Shown in pieces: positions 49,212 through 58,562 of a stretch of DNA of 64,000 bases; position 1 is the first letter of the stretch, and each line of letters opens with the position of its first letter. The position numbers and the translations under genes were made by a program. This stretch comes from a virus (Duplodnaviria > Heunggongvirae > Uroviricota > Caudoviricetes), in the IMG/VR virus record IMGVR_UViG_2706794671_000006, one strand, 5' to 3'. The notes beneath the pieces were generated by a model. That model had not been told where the DNA came from. It did not search any database and was given only the letters and a program-made list of their open reading frames with translations.

Positions 49212-49570
49212 TGTCCATGAAAATGGGTGACCTAGCAAAGCGCAAAGAGTCTGATGCACCGGCTAAGAACACAACTCCTTTGCGCCAACCAGTCAGACCA
49301 CAGGGACGCCCGACTCGTGGCAAAGAGAAAATTAAAAGCCGCACAATGTCACTGGAGGACGAATACTTCGAACTGCTGGAGATGATGAAGTTCATCCCTC
49401 GCTTCGAGAAATTCACCCGCTCTGATGTGATTCGTGCTGCTATTTTCCATCTGGCAGAGAAGTCACCGCAGGAAATCGAGGACATCGTGAAGCTTAACGA
49501 GGCGATCACTGCTGCCGATGTCACGATGCGTACCGATGAAATTAAACGCGAGTTAATGAAGAAAGGTTGA
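49211..49570 (+). CDS. small partition adaptor protein (ParG/ParB-like, putative)
   Basis: 119 aa basic N-terminus, TAATG overlap with parA. Confidence 0.45.
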   Translation: MSMKMGDLAKRKESDAPAKNTTPLRQPVRPQGRPTRGKEKIKSRTMSLEDEYFELLEMMKFIPRFEKFTRSDVIRAAIFHLAEKSPQEIEDIVKLNEAITAADVTMRTDEIKRELMKKG

Positions 49571-49630
49571 TATAAATCTCTAAGGCTGGTCTGCATTGGA
49601 CAGCCTTAGAAATATTTCGTTCTATGAAAG

Positions 49631-50704
49631 CTATTCGTAGTTAAGCTCACCGAACAGACTGAACATCAAGTCACCATCCAAAATTTCAAAGGGCAACTCA
49701 ACATACTCATCCTTATGTCTCGGAATTGCATTGCCGTCGTTAGGGGCATTCTTGGTATAACCTTTTACATGTTTACCGTTTTCTTTTGTATACGGCAGCA
49801 CGACAATTCGACCGTGATTTTTTGAAATGATAGTTCCTTCTTTCCAGAGCGTATTGCCTCTTGAGGTGGTTTCGCTTTCGCTAGCAACTTTAACACTCCA
49901 ACCTACCTGATTTTTGTCCTCAAACCAGAAAACAAAGTTGCCAACAACCAGTACCTTTTGCCCATTCCTGAGAGCTTCATCCAGCATTCTTTTTACGCTG
50001 GCGAGTTGCAGTAACCGGTTAGCACGCGGCAGAAGCATTGAGCGAATAGTCGCTTTTGTTTTTCCCCAATGTGCAGCACCTGATAAACCAAAACCTCTGG
50101 CTATGCGTTCTTGGTAGCAGATCTTCGCTGTCTTAGCTTTGTTGTTATATGAACATTCCCAAGTGTTAGGAGCAACGAGTTGAAGTGAAACTTGGAATTT
50201 GGGAAGAAAAACAAAATGTAAGTAAGGCATCTCGCTTAGCACGTCAAAAAGGGGTTGACGCAAAGTTTCGTAATCTGGGTTAATTATTAACTCATTTAAT
50301 GTCACTCGCGGATCGTTGGCGTGTGCCTTAATTGCTTCGTTGAGCATTATATACTCTTCATCCATGAGACGTGATTTGGCTTTGAGTGCTTTGTCAACTT
50401 TCAAACGCAATGACTTCTTTTGAAACATAGATAGAGGAAGTTTTTCAATGTCAAAGCTCACGTTTTTATTCAGCTCTAATGCCGCTTTTCTTGCTTCAGG
50501 ATAGTTATCGTAGTCGTCATCAACAGCGTGGTTTGGCATACCACGATCAACATATCGCCGATACCAAGCAAGGGTTCCATCATTACGGAGTTTCAGACAG
50601 AACATCGACCATTTATTCCGTTCATATTTAGGCTGAGGCCAAAAAGCCAGTTCGGGAAGGCCATATCCTGGAAGTCTATTCATGCGCATGGTGACAATAT
50701 CCAC
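49631..50704 (-). CDS. hypothetical 357-aa protein (orphan minus-strand gene)
   Basis: Long ORF, no recognisable motif; only minus-strand gene in the late/replication half. Confidence 0.55.
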   Translation of the reverse strand: MDIVTMRMNRLPGYGLPELAFWPQPKYERNKWSMFCLKLRNDGTLAWYRRYVDRGMPNHAVDDDYDNYPEARKAALELNKNVSFDIEKLPLSMFQKKSLRLKVDKALKAKSRLMDEEYIMLNEAIKAHANDPRVTLNELIINPDYETLRQPLFDVLSEMPYLHFVFLPKFQVSLQLVAPNTWECSYNNKAKTAKICYQERIARGFGLSGAAHWGKTKATIRSMLLPRANRLLQLASVKRMLDEALRNGQKVLVVGNFVFWFEDKNQVGWSVKVASESETTSRGNTLWKEGTIISKNHGRIVVLPYTKENGKHVKGYTKNAPNDGNAIPRHKDEYVELPFEILDGDLMFSLFGELNYE

Positions 50705-50814
50705 GAGGCTAAAACACTAATTCTAACATGATCTCCCTTGATAAATCTGTCAATGACATAGCATCTGGAGTTGGAGTCAAATTATGTTGTTCTTGGTATC
50801 CATTAGGAGCCTGT

Positions 50815-50862
50815 TTCTGTATATAAATAATAAGTAACTTATTAAATATATACGGAAGCAGG
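50815..50862 (+). repeat. ~47 bp direct repeat, copy 2
   Basis: Matches 19934-19981 except a 2-nt TA difference; followed by palindrome GTCTTTT-AAAAGAC. Confidence 0.75.
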
Positions 50863-50945
50863 TCTTTTAAAAGACACCACCAGAACAACTCCCTTCCGTT
50901 TTCACTTCCAAAAACTGACACCAGTCGCTATCATCCGTCCATTGT

Positions 50946-50959
50946 GATAAGTAAGTAAC
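50946..50959 (+). promoter_or_regulatory. motif B (GATAAGTAAGTAAC) upstream of 50970 gene
   Basis: Family B half-site ~10 nt before GTG start. Confidence 0.35.
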
Positions 50960-50969
50960 TACCTACCAG

Positions 50970-51719
50970 GTGAGCCACATGAGCCAAATCTTTTTCGATA
51001 CCATCGACAACGACCAGTACGACTTCATGACAGAGTGGAATACCGCTGTTATGGACAAGTGGGTCGCTGAAAACATTGGTTTGTCGCGCTGTAAAGACGA
51101 GGCTGAACTCTTCGAGACGAAGTGGTTTGATTACCGAGACATGCATCCTCTTATGGCCACCTGTCTGTTTACGGAGGCATACAAACGTCAGTACTCAAAT
51201 ATCATGCTGACGCACGGTCGCGAACACTTTGAAACAGCTCCGTTCACCACCGGGTTAAAACGCCTGCCTTATCAGGAGTTGTCGACTGCCAATAAAACGT
51301 CTCTATGGAAAGCACGCCAGTTTGCTGACCGCTATTGCTGCTCATACGACTACTTTATCTCCACCGTTCTTTCCGCAGCTGCACGACGGCTGTGGGACAA
51401 GCTGCCGCGCCCACAGCATTTGTGGCAGCCAGAGCTGGTTGAGATATTCGAAGAGAAATTAGCCAGACGCGCAACAACCCGTCTGGATGACTCTCTTGTT
51501 AGCTTTAAGCATATGGGAGACATGCAGTTCAACCCGATTCAGGAAAGCTATTTTGAGTGGATTCTGGAGTGTTTGCGCACCATCCCTCGCAGCAAGCGCA
51601 TACGCGCAATTTTCTCCGCTATCTGGCTAATGGAAATCGTTCCAGAGCGCCTTATTTCCGCCCACTTTCCAGAAGAACTGGAAGAAGCACGGCGGTTTAT
51701 TGATCCCCTATCTAATTAA
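50970..51719 (+). CDS. hypothetical protein upstream of helicase (possible loader/initiator)
   Basis: 249 aa, GTG start per track; context only. Confidence 0.45.
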   Translation: MSHMSQIFFDTIDNDQYDFMTEWNTAVMDKWVAENIGLSRCKDEAELFETKWFDYRDMHPLMATCLFTEAYKRQYSNIMLTHGREHFETAPFTTGLKRLPYQELSTANKTSLWKARQFADRYCCSYDYFISTVLSAAARRLWDKLPRPQHLWQPELVEIFEEKLARRATTRLDDSLVSFKHMGDMQFNPIQESYFEWILECLRTIPRSKRIRAIFSAIWLMEIVPERLISAHFPEELEEARRFIDPLSN

Positions 51720-51728
51720 CTAATACTA

Positions 51729-51746
51729 GAAAACAATTTGTTTAAA
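51729..51746 (+). promoter_or_regulatory. motif A (AGAAAACAATTTGTTTAA) upstream of helicase gene
   Basis: 18 nt before ATG, directly before AAGGAAAG RBS. Confidence 0.5.
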
Positions 51747-51762
51747 AAACAAAGGAAAGCAC

Positions 51763-53103
51763 ATGACAGAACTTTGCCATACAGGACGCGGGCTGTCCGA
51801 AGAGTTTGATGAAGATTTCCAGAACAGACTGACGGCATATTTTTGTCGTGATCACGAGTTTCTTACTCGTGCGGGAGATCTGGTTGTGCCTAGCCAATTT
51901 GCCAATGCGGCCAATGCCATATTGGTTAATATGGTTTCGGGCTATTACCGTATGTACAAGAGCGCGCCCTCTTCATCTGCAATTCTGGATATGCTTAAGC
52001 GTGCGAAACGCGATAAGACTATCCGTGAGGAACTATTCGCCGATGTTGTTGCTGCGTTTAAGCGCATTCTTGCAGAAAAATTGTCCGATACCTCGTACAT
52101 GGTTGACCAGGTATCAACCTTCGCAAAAAGTGTAGCGTTTGATGATGCTCTGATTAAGGCTGCTGAACTGAAAGAGAAAGGCGACTTTCAGGGAGCGATG
52201 GCAATCATGGCTAAGGTTCAGCAGATTGGATCGAACGAAGCGACCGGAATCTATGACTACTACACCTCCGCAAGTGAGCGATTGAAAGCGCGTGAATATG
52301 AGGCTTCAGAGGAGTATGTGCCAAACAGCATTACAACTGGACTCCCTCTGCTCGATAGGTTGCTGTACCAAAAAGGCTGGGCGAAGCGTGAAATGGTGCT
52401 CTTCATGGGGTTCGCTAAATCCGGTAAATCGACCGCAATGGGTGAGTTTTCCATAAACGCAACGCTTGCTGGCTACAATGTTCTGTATCTCTCGCTGGAG
52501 GTTCACACCACCATTTTATCCGACCGTTTTGATGCAAGATTGTCGGAGACAGAAATGTCCAAGCTGGTGGAACGGCGCGATGAGGTTCATCGTAAGTTGG
52601 CAGAGTTGGGAGCCACGAAGGGGATTGGTAGTTTGTGGGTGGTTGAGCGTCCGTCAGGAAGTATGTCACCGGCAGATCTGGACCGTATGCTTAACAGCAT
52701 GAAAGCCAACGGCATGGTGCCTGACATGGTTGTTGTCGACTACGCAGATTTGATGCGTGCCAGTTATGACCTTCGTGATGATCGCGCCAACATTCGTAGT
52801 ATCTACACCGATTTACGTGCTCTTTATGACAAGCATAACGTTGCTGGGATCACGGCATCGCAGACAAACCGTGAAGGTGGCGCGTCAGAAGTTGCCACAA
52901 TGATGCACGCTGCCGACAACATCGAAAAAGTACGTATTGCTGACCTGGTAATAACGATCAACAAAACCGAAGAAGAAGAAGCGAAAGGAGAGGCTCGTCT
53001 CTACTTTGCTGGTTCACGTAACCAGCAGGGAGGGATCAGCATTCGCGTTAAACAAAACCTCGAACAAATGCGCTTCATTGAGCGAATCTTAGACGTTACC
53101 TAA
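51763..53103 (+). CDS. DnaB-family replicative helicase
   Basis: C-terminal RecA-like domain with Walker A GFAKSGKST and Walker B VVVDYADLM; 446 aa. Confidence 0.8.
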   Translation: MTELCHTGRGLSEEFDEDFQNRLTAYFCRDHEFLTRAGDLVVPSQFANAANAILVNMVSGYYRMYKSAPSSSAILDMLKRAKRDKTIREELFADVVAAFKRILAEKLSDTSYMVDQVSTFAKSVAFDDALIKAAELKEKGDFQGAMAIMAKVQQIGSNEATGIYDYYTSASERLKAREYEASEEYVPNSITTGLPLLDRLLYQKGWAKREMVLFMGFAKSGKSTAMGEFSINATLAGYNVLYLSLEVHTTILSDRFDARLSETEMSKLVERRDEVHRKLAELGATKGIGSLWVVERPSGSMSPADLDRMLNSMKANGMVPDMVVVDYADLMRASYDLRDDRANIRSIYTDLRALYDKHNVAGITASQTNREGGASEVATMMHAADNIEKVRIADLVITINKTEEEEAKGEARLYFAGSRNQQGGISIRVKQNLEQMRFIERILDVT

Positions 53104-53107
53104 AAAA

Positions 53108-53132
53108 TAAGCGTGGAGAACACCTCCACGCT
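53108..53132 (+). other. hairpin GCGTGGAG-AACAC-CTCCACGC directly after helicase stop, overlapping the track start of primase ORF
   Basis: Perfect 8-bp stem read directly; suggests the primase start is further downstream. Confidence 0.5.
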
Positions 53133-53184
53133 TGATTCATTGGTGAAACAACTTTTCTTTTGCCAAACCACAAAAGAAAAACAC

Positions 53185-54366
53185 ATGAGCCTTTATGTTA
53201 TATCAACATTTAGATTGGTCACAATATTGCCTGTTAAAAGTGGAATTATCGTGAGCGAGCTGAAAGAGCTAATTGCCGAATTAGATTTTGAACAATGGTT
53301 GGATACTGAAGGTATCGTTTATCGACGTGGAGGCGTGAGTACTCGCGGTCGTGAAGTGAATATCAAGGAGTGTCCGGTATGCGGCAGCTCCAACTGGAAG
53401 GTATATTTCAATCTGACCAGTGGCGTCGGCAAATGCTTCGCTGGTGATCATCCCGAAGAGATTCAGTTCAATAAGCTGGTCTTCCTCAAGCACTACAGCG
53501 GTAAATCACGACGACAGTTCGAGGAATATGTGCAGAACGCTCTTCTTTCCCAGGGGTGGGCACCAAAGAAAGAAGAGCTAGTGCTTGCAAGCACAGTCGA
53601 GTTAGAGGGGCCAGTTGCACTCCCTCGTCATTACGAGCTTCCTATAGATGGCCGTCTTCCAGATTATCTGGTTGAACGAAACATATCACCTGAAATGGCA
53701 AAGTATTTTGACCTACGATACTGCGTCGAAGGCAAGCACGCTTATGTAGATCCGTATACAGATCAGGTAAAAGGGCAGATATTCGATATGCGAATACTGA
53801 TACCGGTTTACGATCTGGATGGGGTAATGAAGACATTTCAGGGACGAGACATTACCGGTACAGCAGAACGCCGCTACCTCTTTCCTATGCAGCTTCCAGC
53901 TTCAGGTAAATTTCTCTACAACGGCCATAATGCAGTCGGCAAACAGACTGTAGTTGTCTGTGAGGGTGCGTTCGATGTTATGGGGGTCAAACGAGCTATT
54001 TTCGACGAAGAAACATTACGTGATTACGTGGAGCCAATAGGAACGTTCGGGATGCATCTATCTGGCAACACCACTCAGGATGCAGAAGATCAGTTGGGCG
54101 CGTTCCTGACGCTCAAGGCGCGTGGATTACGTAATGTGATCATGATGTGGGATAGTGAAAAGCAAGCTATACGCAACACGATGGCCGCAGCCAGGCGACT
54201 GACCAGTATCGGTCTTAATGTCAAAGTTGCGTGTTTGGGTGAGGAAGGACTCGACCCGGGCGGTGCAACGCCAGAACAAATTATCAAAGCCTATTATCGG
54301 GCAAAACCGTATACCAAACAGTTGGAGTTGCAAAGCAAGGTTTTGGGCATTAAGGCTCTATCATAA
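53185..54366 (+). CDS. DNA primase (zinc-ribbon + TOPRIM)
   Basis: CPVCGSSNWKVYFNLTSGVGKCFAGDH zinc-binding motif; TOPRIM-like VVVCEGAFDVMG. Start uncertain (ATG 53185 or GTG ~53251). Confidence 0.7.
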   Translation: MSLYVISTFRLVTILPVKSGIIVSELKELIAELDFEQWLDTEGIVYRRGGVSTRGREVNIKECPVCGSSNWKVYFNLTSGVGKCFAGDHPEEIQFNKLVFLKHYSGKSRRQFEEYVQNALLSQGWAPKKEELVLASTVELEGPVALPRHYELPIDGRLPDYLVERNISPEMAKYFDLRYCVEGKHAYVDPYTDQVKGQIFDMRILIPVYDLDGVMKTFQGRDITGTAERRYLFPMQLPASGKFLYNGHNAVGKQTVVVCEGAFDVMGVKRAIFDEETLRDYVEPIGTFGMHLSGNTTQDAEDQLGAFLTLKARGLRNVIMMWDSEKQAIRNTMAAARRLTSIGLNVKVACLGEEGLDPGGATPEQIIKAYYRAKPYTKQLELQSKVLGIKALS

Positions 54367-54380
54367 CAATCACCTTTAAA

Positions 54381-54400
54381 ATAAGTAGATGATTACTTAT
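54381..54400 (+). promoter_or_regulatory. motif B palindrome ATAAGTA-GATGAT-TACTTAT
   Basis: Perfect 7-bp arms ~40 nt before the 54442 ATG. Confidence 0.45.
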
Positions 54401-54441
54401 CTTTCTGTGAGAATACTTTCATCTGTTAGCTAGGAGTTGGT

Positions 54442-55218
54442 ATGAAAGACGAAATTCAGAAATTAGCCTGCGACATCATTGATAAAACTGGTTTAGAAAT
54501 CAGCGAGAGCAATCGACTAGACATCATTGAAAAAGCGGTAAAAACAGCAATGGATCATATCGCCACTCGTTTGGTCGAGATCCCGCTACCGGGGCTACCT
54601 TATCTGAAGGTTAAGTTACACGTATGGGGTGAACCTTCTTGTGCACGACGTTCTGCATTAGTTGTTTTTATTAGCAAAGAAAACCCGCTCAGTCTTAAAG
54701 TGCAGGTTGGAGCATGGCTTGATGGCAGAGTGATCTACACAAATACCGTTTTTTGTCTTTCAAACGACGAAACTATTGAAGCGGCCATTCAAGAAGCAGT
54801 TCTAGCAATGCGCAGCAGCGGTTTGATGAAGAATAACTACGAAGAGTACTTGCGTTCGATAAGTGGTGAAAAGACATTATCTCTGAAAGCAGATTTCGTT
54901 ACCCCGAAAAATCTGTTGGAAGTCTTGCTTAATAAAGGGGCTAATGATGCCGTAAATGTAATCAGAGAGAGTGAGTATGCGTCTCTTTGCGACATGTGCA
55001 AAAGCCAGTTGGATCTGGTGCATATCGTTATTGATGCTGGGAAGGCATGTGATGGCGTAATGGCGGAATTTGCTTGGAAGGTGGTCAGGATTGCTAACGA
55101 ATTACCGATGATAGAGCAAGAGGCTAAATCATACGCCACCAATCATGTCACAGAGCTTCTTGCCCCCTATCGCTTAGAAAGCAATCAGCGCAAGATGATT
55201 AGCTGGGGAAGTTGGTAA
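54442..55218 (+). CDS. hypothetical protein
   Basis: 258 aa ORF with GGAG RBS. Confidence 0.55.
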   Translation: MKDEIQKLACDIIDKTGLEISESNRLDIIEKAVKTAMDHIATRLVEIPLPGLPYLKVKLHVWGEPSCARRSALVVFISKENPLSLKVQVGAWLDGRVIYTNTVFCLSNDETIEAAIQEAVLAMRSSGLMKNNYEEYLRSISGEKTLSLKADFVTPKNLLEVLLNKGANDAVNVIRESEYASLCDMCKSQLDLVHIVIDAGKACDGVMAEFAWKVVRIANELPMIEQEAKSYATNHVTELLAPYRLESNQRKMISWGSW

Positions 55219-55250
55219 TCTCTCCGCGCGTCGTTTTTTACGCAAATAAC

Positions 55251-55273
55251 GATAGGTAAGTACAAGATTATTT
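55251..55273 (+). promoter_or_regulatory. motif B (GATAGGTAAGTACAAGATTATTT)
   Basis: Immediately upstream of the 55274 ATG. Confidence 0.4.
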
Positions 55274-55756
55274 ATGGCGGTAGTTGTGAAAGCTGATTTG
55301 TCAAAAATCCCCTCTATTTCAGGAAATAATGGTTATTCACTTCGTTGTGAGGAAGTAAAGATAAACGGTGAGTCGGCATATTGCAGCTACTCCGTTTGCC
55401 AGCACACCATTCTTGCCTTCAAAGAAAACCGTCTTCCTCGAACTTCATTCCAGTCGTGCGCAACCGCTATCAAAGCAGGCAAATGCAAGGCGTTAAAAAT
55501 GATGGTTGAAGAGATTCGTAAAGGAGAATCTCTGTATTTCGAAGATATGACCGCGCTCATTAAGGAGGTTGAAGAACGGAATAAACAAGCCAGAACTTTA
55601 AAACGAAAACGTGACAGTGTAACGATTAATAGCATGGTTAAGAAGAGCACCACATCACAAACAGCGATCACTGACGTGTATGCGGCGTTGCTTGAAGAAA
55701 CAACAAAAGAAACACATGAGCAAATCGATCAACATATGGAGGTAAAACAACAATGA
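55274..55756 (+). CDS. hypothetical Cys-rich protein
   Basis: 160 aa, five Cys in N-terminal 70 residues. Confidence 0.5.
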   Translation: MAVVVKADLSKIPSISGNNGYSLRCEEVKINGESAYCSYSVCQHTILAFKENRLPRTSFQSCATAIKAGKCKALKMMVEEIRKGESLYFEDMTALIKEVEERNKQARTLKRKRDSVTINSMVKKSTTSQTAITDVYAALLEETTKETHEQIDQHMEVKQQ

Positions 55757-57075
55757 AAAAGTTGATCGCACTTAAGCATAAGCTGGACGAAATGAAAGCT
55801 ATGGGAACCAATGCAAAAAAAGAGGCATTGGCCAACATGGATGACTTCGAGCAAAGCATGGTTTCATTGATGCTCAACCCTTTCATCCGTTTTGGGGTAA
55901 AGAAATACAAAGTGGCAGAGCCGCTTAGTGAGTCCATCCCAAGTGACGAAAAAGCCATTGATGTACTGAATAAGCTGGCCTCTCGCGAGCTAACGGGGAA
56001 CGCAGCAATAGCAGCTGTTGAGTCTATCGTGGCGTCAATGTGCGCCGATGGGCAGGACGTGTTCCGTCGTTTCCTCTTAAAAGACCCGAAAGCAGGTGTT
56101 GGGATTAGCCTATGCAACAAGGTTTTTGAAAATCCCATTCCGAAATTCGAGGTGCAGCTGGCGTCACCGTATAAAGAAAAAGGCGACAAATACCCCTTCA
56201 AGCCAAATCCTAAAGCAAAATGGCCGATGATTGGCAGTCTTAAGCTCGATGGTTTGCGAGTAATTTGCGAGGTTATTGTTGACGAGGAAGAGGTTAACTT
56301 CCTTTCTCGTACTGGTAATCCAATCACGTCTCTCGATCACCTAAAGCCAGCAATGCTAGAATTAGGCAAACTTTCAGGCCACAAACACATCTTCTTCGAT
56401 GGTGAAGGAACTGCCGGTTCATTTAACCAGTCCGTATCTGCATTGCGCAAAAAGAACGTGCAGGCAATTGGCGCTATTTATCATGTTTTCGACTTCTTCC
56501 TACCGGAATGGCGAGCACAGGCTAAATCCAAAGAGTATGCAAAGACAGGTATGAAGCTGAAAGAGCGCCTGGCTATGCTGGTGGCGTTGTTTAAAAACGA
56601 TCGCAGTGAAGGCTACACACAAGACATTCACCTGCATCCGTTCTATATCATCCATAGCCACGAAGACTTCATCGAACGCTTCATGAAACGCCTGGACGAT
56701 AACGAAGAAGGGGAGATGGGCAAAGATCCGAACTCTGTTTACGAGTTTAAACGTACCCGCAGCTGGTGGAAGTTAAAAGACGAAGATTCAGAAGATGGTG
56801 AAATTATCGATTTTGAGCCGGGCGACCCGGACTCTGGTTTTGCCAACACGCTTGGAAAAATAGTTATTCGTCTTGAAAACGGCGTCATCGTTCGTGCGAG
56901 CGGCATTAAGCATAAATATCTGGACGAGATCTGGAACAACAAAGAGAAGTACCGTGGTCGTATTGTCGAGGTTCATTGTCACGAGAAAACACCTGATGGC
57001 AGCTTACGCCACCCACGACTGAAATGGCCGCGTTGCTTACGCGATACCGAAGATCGAATCGGAGATAAAGAATGA
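55753..57075 (+). CDS. ATP-dependent DNA ligase
   Basis: Adenylation motif I SLKLDGLRV (KxDG), FDGE motif; 440 aa. Confidence 0.8.
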   Translation: MKKLIALKHKLDEMKAMGTNAKKEALANMDDFEQSMVSLMLNPFIRFGVKKYKVAEPLSESIPSDEKAIDVLNKLASRELTGNAAIAAVESIVASMCADGQDVFRRFLLKDPKAGVGISLCNKVFENPIPKFEVQLASPYKEKGDKYPFKPNPKAKWPMIGSLKLDGLRVICEVIVDEEEVNFLSRTGNPITSLDHLKPAMLELGKLSGHKHIFFDGEGTAGSFNQSVSALRKKNVQAIGAIYHVFDFFLPEWRAQAKSKEYAKTGMKLKERLAMLVALFKNDRSEGYTQDIHLHPFYIIHSHEDFIERFMKRLDDNEEGEMGKDPNSVYEFKRTRSWWKLKDEDSEDGEIIDFEPGDPDSGFANTLGKIVIRLENGVIVRASGIKHKYLDEIWNNKEKYRGRIVEVHCHEKTPDGSLRHPRLKWPRCLRDTEDRIGDKE

Positions 57076-57287
57076 TCGTATTAAGTAAACGGGAGAAAGA
57101 AACGCTTCATGAAATAAGTAAGTGGCCGGAGTTCCCTCAGTACTGGAAGCCTAAAACGCGAGCTAATTTAGAGCGTTTAGGGTTGGTTGCAAACATTTCG
57201 GAAACGTGGTGCTCAGCCAACTACCAGTTAACTGATAAAGGGAAAGTATTGCTACAGCAATTAGTAGAATCAGGAGTGTTAAAATGA
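57072..57287 (+). CDS. hypothetical small protein
   Basis: 71 aa, ATGA overlap with ligase stop. Confidence 0.45.
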   Translation: MIVLSKREKETLHEISKWPEFPQYWKPKTRANLERLGLVANISETWCSANYQLTDKGKVLLQQLVESGVLK

Positions 57288-57436
57288 TTCCATACATCTC
57301 ATTAGCTTTTATTGGTGGCTTCCTTATCGGCTTCGGCATCTGTCGTGATTTAATTAAGCAGGAACTTAAAACCAAAACACTGTGCATCGGAAAGCGTGTG
57401 TATCGGGTAGTTCATGAAACAAAGGTTAGAAAATGA
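57284..57436 (+). CDS. 50-aa membrane peptide (below ORF-track cutoff)
   Basis: MIPYISLAFIGGFLIGFGIC...; ATGA overlaps at both ends link it to flanking genes. Confidence 0.35.
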   Translation: MIPYISLAFIGGFLIGFGICRDLIKQELKTKTLCIGKRVYRVVHETKVRK

Positions 57437-57723
57437 GCAATTTAACTTCTTGGGACTGGTGGTTGGCCACCTATTTCTTAGCGGTCGGAGTCGCATTCGC
57501 CTTTTACGTAGGTCAGTTAGTCGTAAAACTGTTGCTGATTAAATTTGCTAGTCATAAACGTATCGATGATGGTCTGTGGCGTCTTGGCACCCTGGTGGAA
57601 ACTCGCTACGGGCAACTTAAGGAGAACGAAACCATTACTATCCAAGCGAAACGATTCACTGCCACCATCACAAGAACACCTAGTCGTAGAGTGGCCTTGA
57701 TCAAAAAAGTCACAACCGAATAA
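57433..57723 (+). CDS. small membrane protein
   Basis: 96 aa with N-terminal TM segment WWLATYFLAVGVAFAFYVG. Confidence 0.45.
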   Translation: MSNLTSWDWWLATYFLAVGVAFAFYVGQLVVKLLLIKFASHKRIDDGLWRLGTLVETRYGQLKENETITIQAKRFTATITRTPSRRVALIKKVTTE

Positions 57724-57732
57724 AAACATATC

Positions 57733-57754
57733 GATAAGTATTTACTTACTTATC
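57733..57754 (+). promoter_or_regulatory. motif B palindrome GATAAGTA-TTTACT-TACTTATC
   Basis: Perfect 8-bp arms directly after the last CDS before the tRNA region. Confidence 0.45.
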
Positions 57755-57759
57755 CTTTG

Positions 57760-58480
57760 TGTATAAGATGACTTTGTTTTCGTTGAGATGCGACTGTTTG
57801 AACTTAAATACAAGTGCAAACGAAGAAGTCTATCTGGCAGTAGCCTAATAAGCCAAACACCAGCGAGGTCAGTTTCCAGCCTCGTTACCGAAATGGGACA
57901 CACTGAGCGAGTGTGATTGCAGAACGCAGGAGGGAACACTCATGTTCCCTCCGATGAAGTAACAGAATGGGCGGTCGGTATATTTTCAACTCCATATGAC
58001 TCCCGGATTCTTAGCCACTGACCGCCCATTCTGTTACGTCATTTTGTTCAATTATGTCGTTTATACTGGGTTAAAAAGCGGCGACGTAGCCCGGCTGGTA
58101 TGGTTAGCCAGCACACAACGTTGAGGCCATTACATTTTTATCAATTCTAAGGTTCTATTCACAGAGATACCGGCGAGCGTTGATATGTAACATGTTGGGC
58201 AAACATTCAATCGGAGTAGTGGCCTCAACGTTGTGAAGACAGGATTGTTGTGTAGGTTTAACCACTTTTCCACAACAAATGATTCCATACATCACATTGT
58301 ATAAATTACAAAGTAGGTGCTGTCCTCAGAAACATCATCTACTTAAAGATTTTGCCTTCTATTGAGAGAAGTCGAAAGCGTCTGACACTAACGAAAAGTG
58401 CAAGTAGCGGTGCGTTTCCTGGCAGAAACTAACACCGCCGCGATTGGCACTGTTGAGTAATAAATACTGGCAGTGCCGAA
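57760..58480 (+). other. non-coding region with multiple long-range inverted repeats upstream of tRNA cluster
   Basis: Stems GGAGGGAACA/TGTTCCCTCC, CAGAATGGGCGGTC...GACCGCCCATTCTG (~44-nt loop), AACGTTGAGGCCA...TGGCCTCAACGTT (~80-nt loop), GGCACTG...CAGTGCC. Confidence 0.5.
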
Positions 58481-58482
58481 TT

Positions 58483-58557
58483 GATGGTGTAGCTCAGCGG
58501 TAGAGCAGTTGGCTGTTAACCAATTGGTCGGTGGTTCGAATCCACCCACCATCGCCA
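58483..58557 (+). tRNA. tRNA-Asn (anticodon GTT)
   Basis: Manual fold: acceptor GATGGTG/CACCATC, anticodon loop CTGTTAA, T-arm GGTGG-TTCGAAT-CCACC, 3' GCCA. Confidence 0.8.
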
Positions 58558-58562
58558 ATTTA

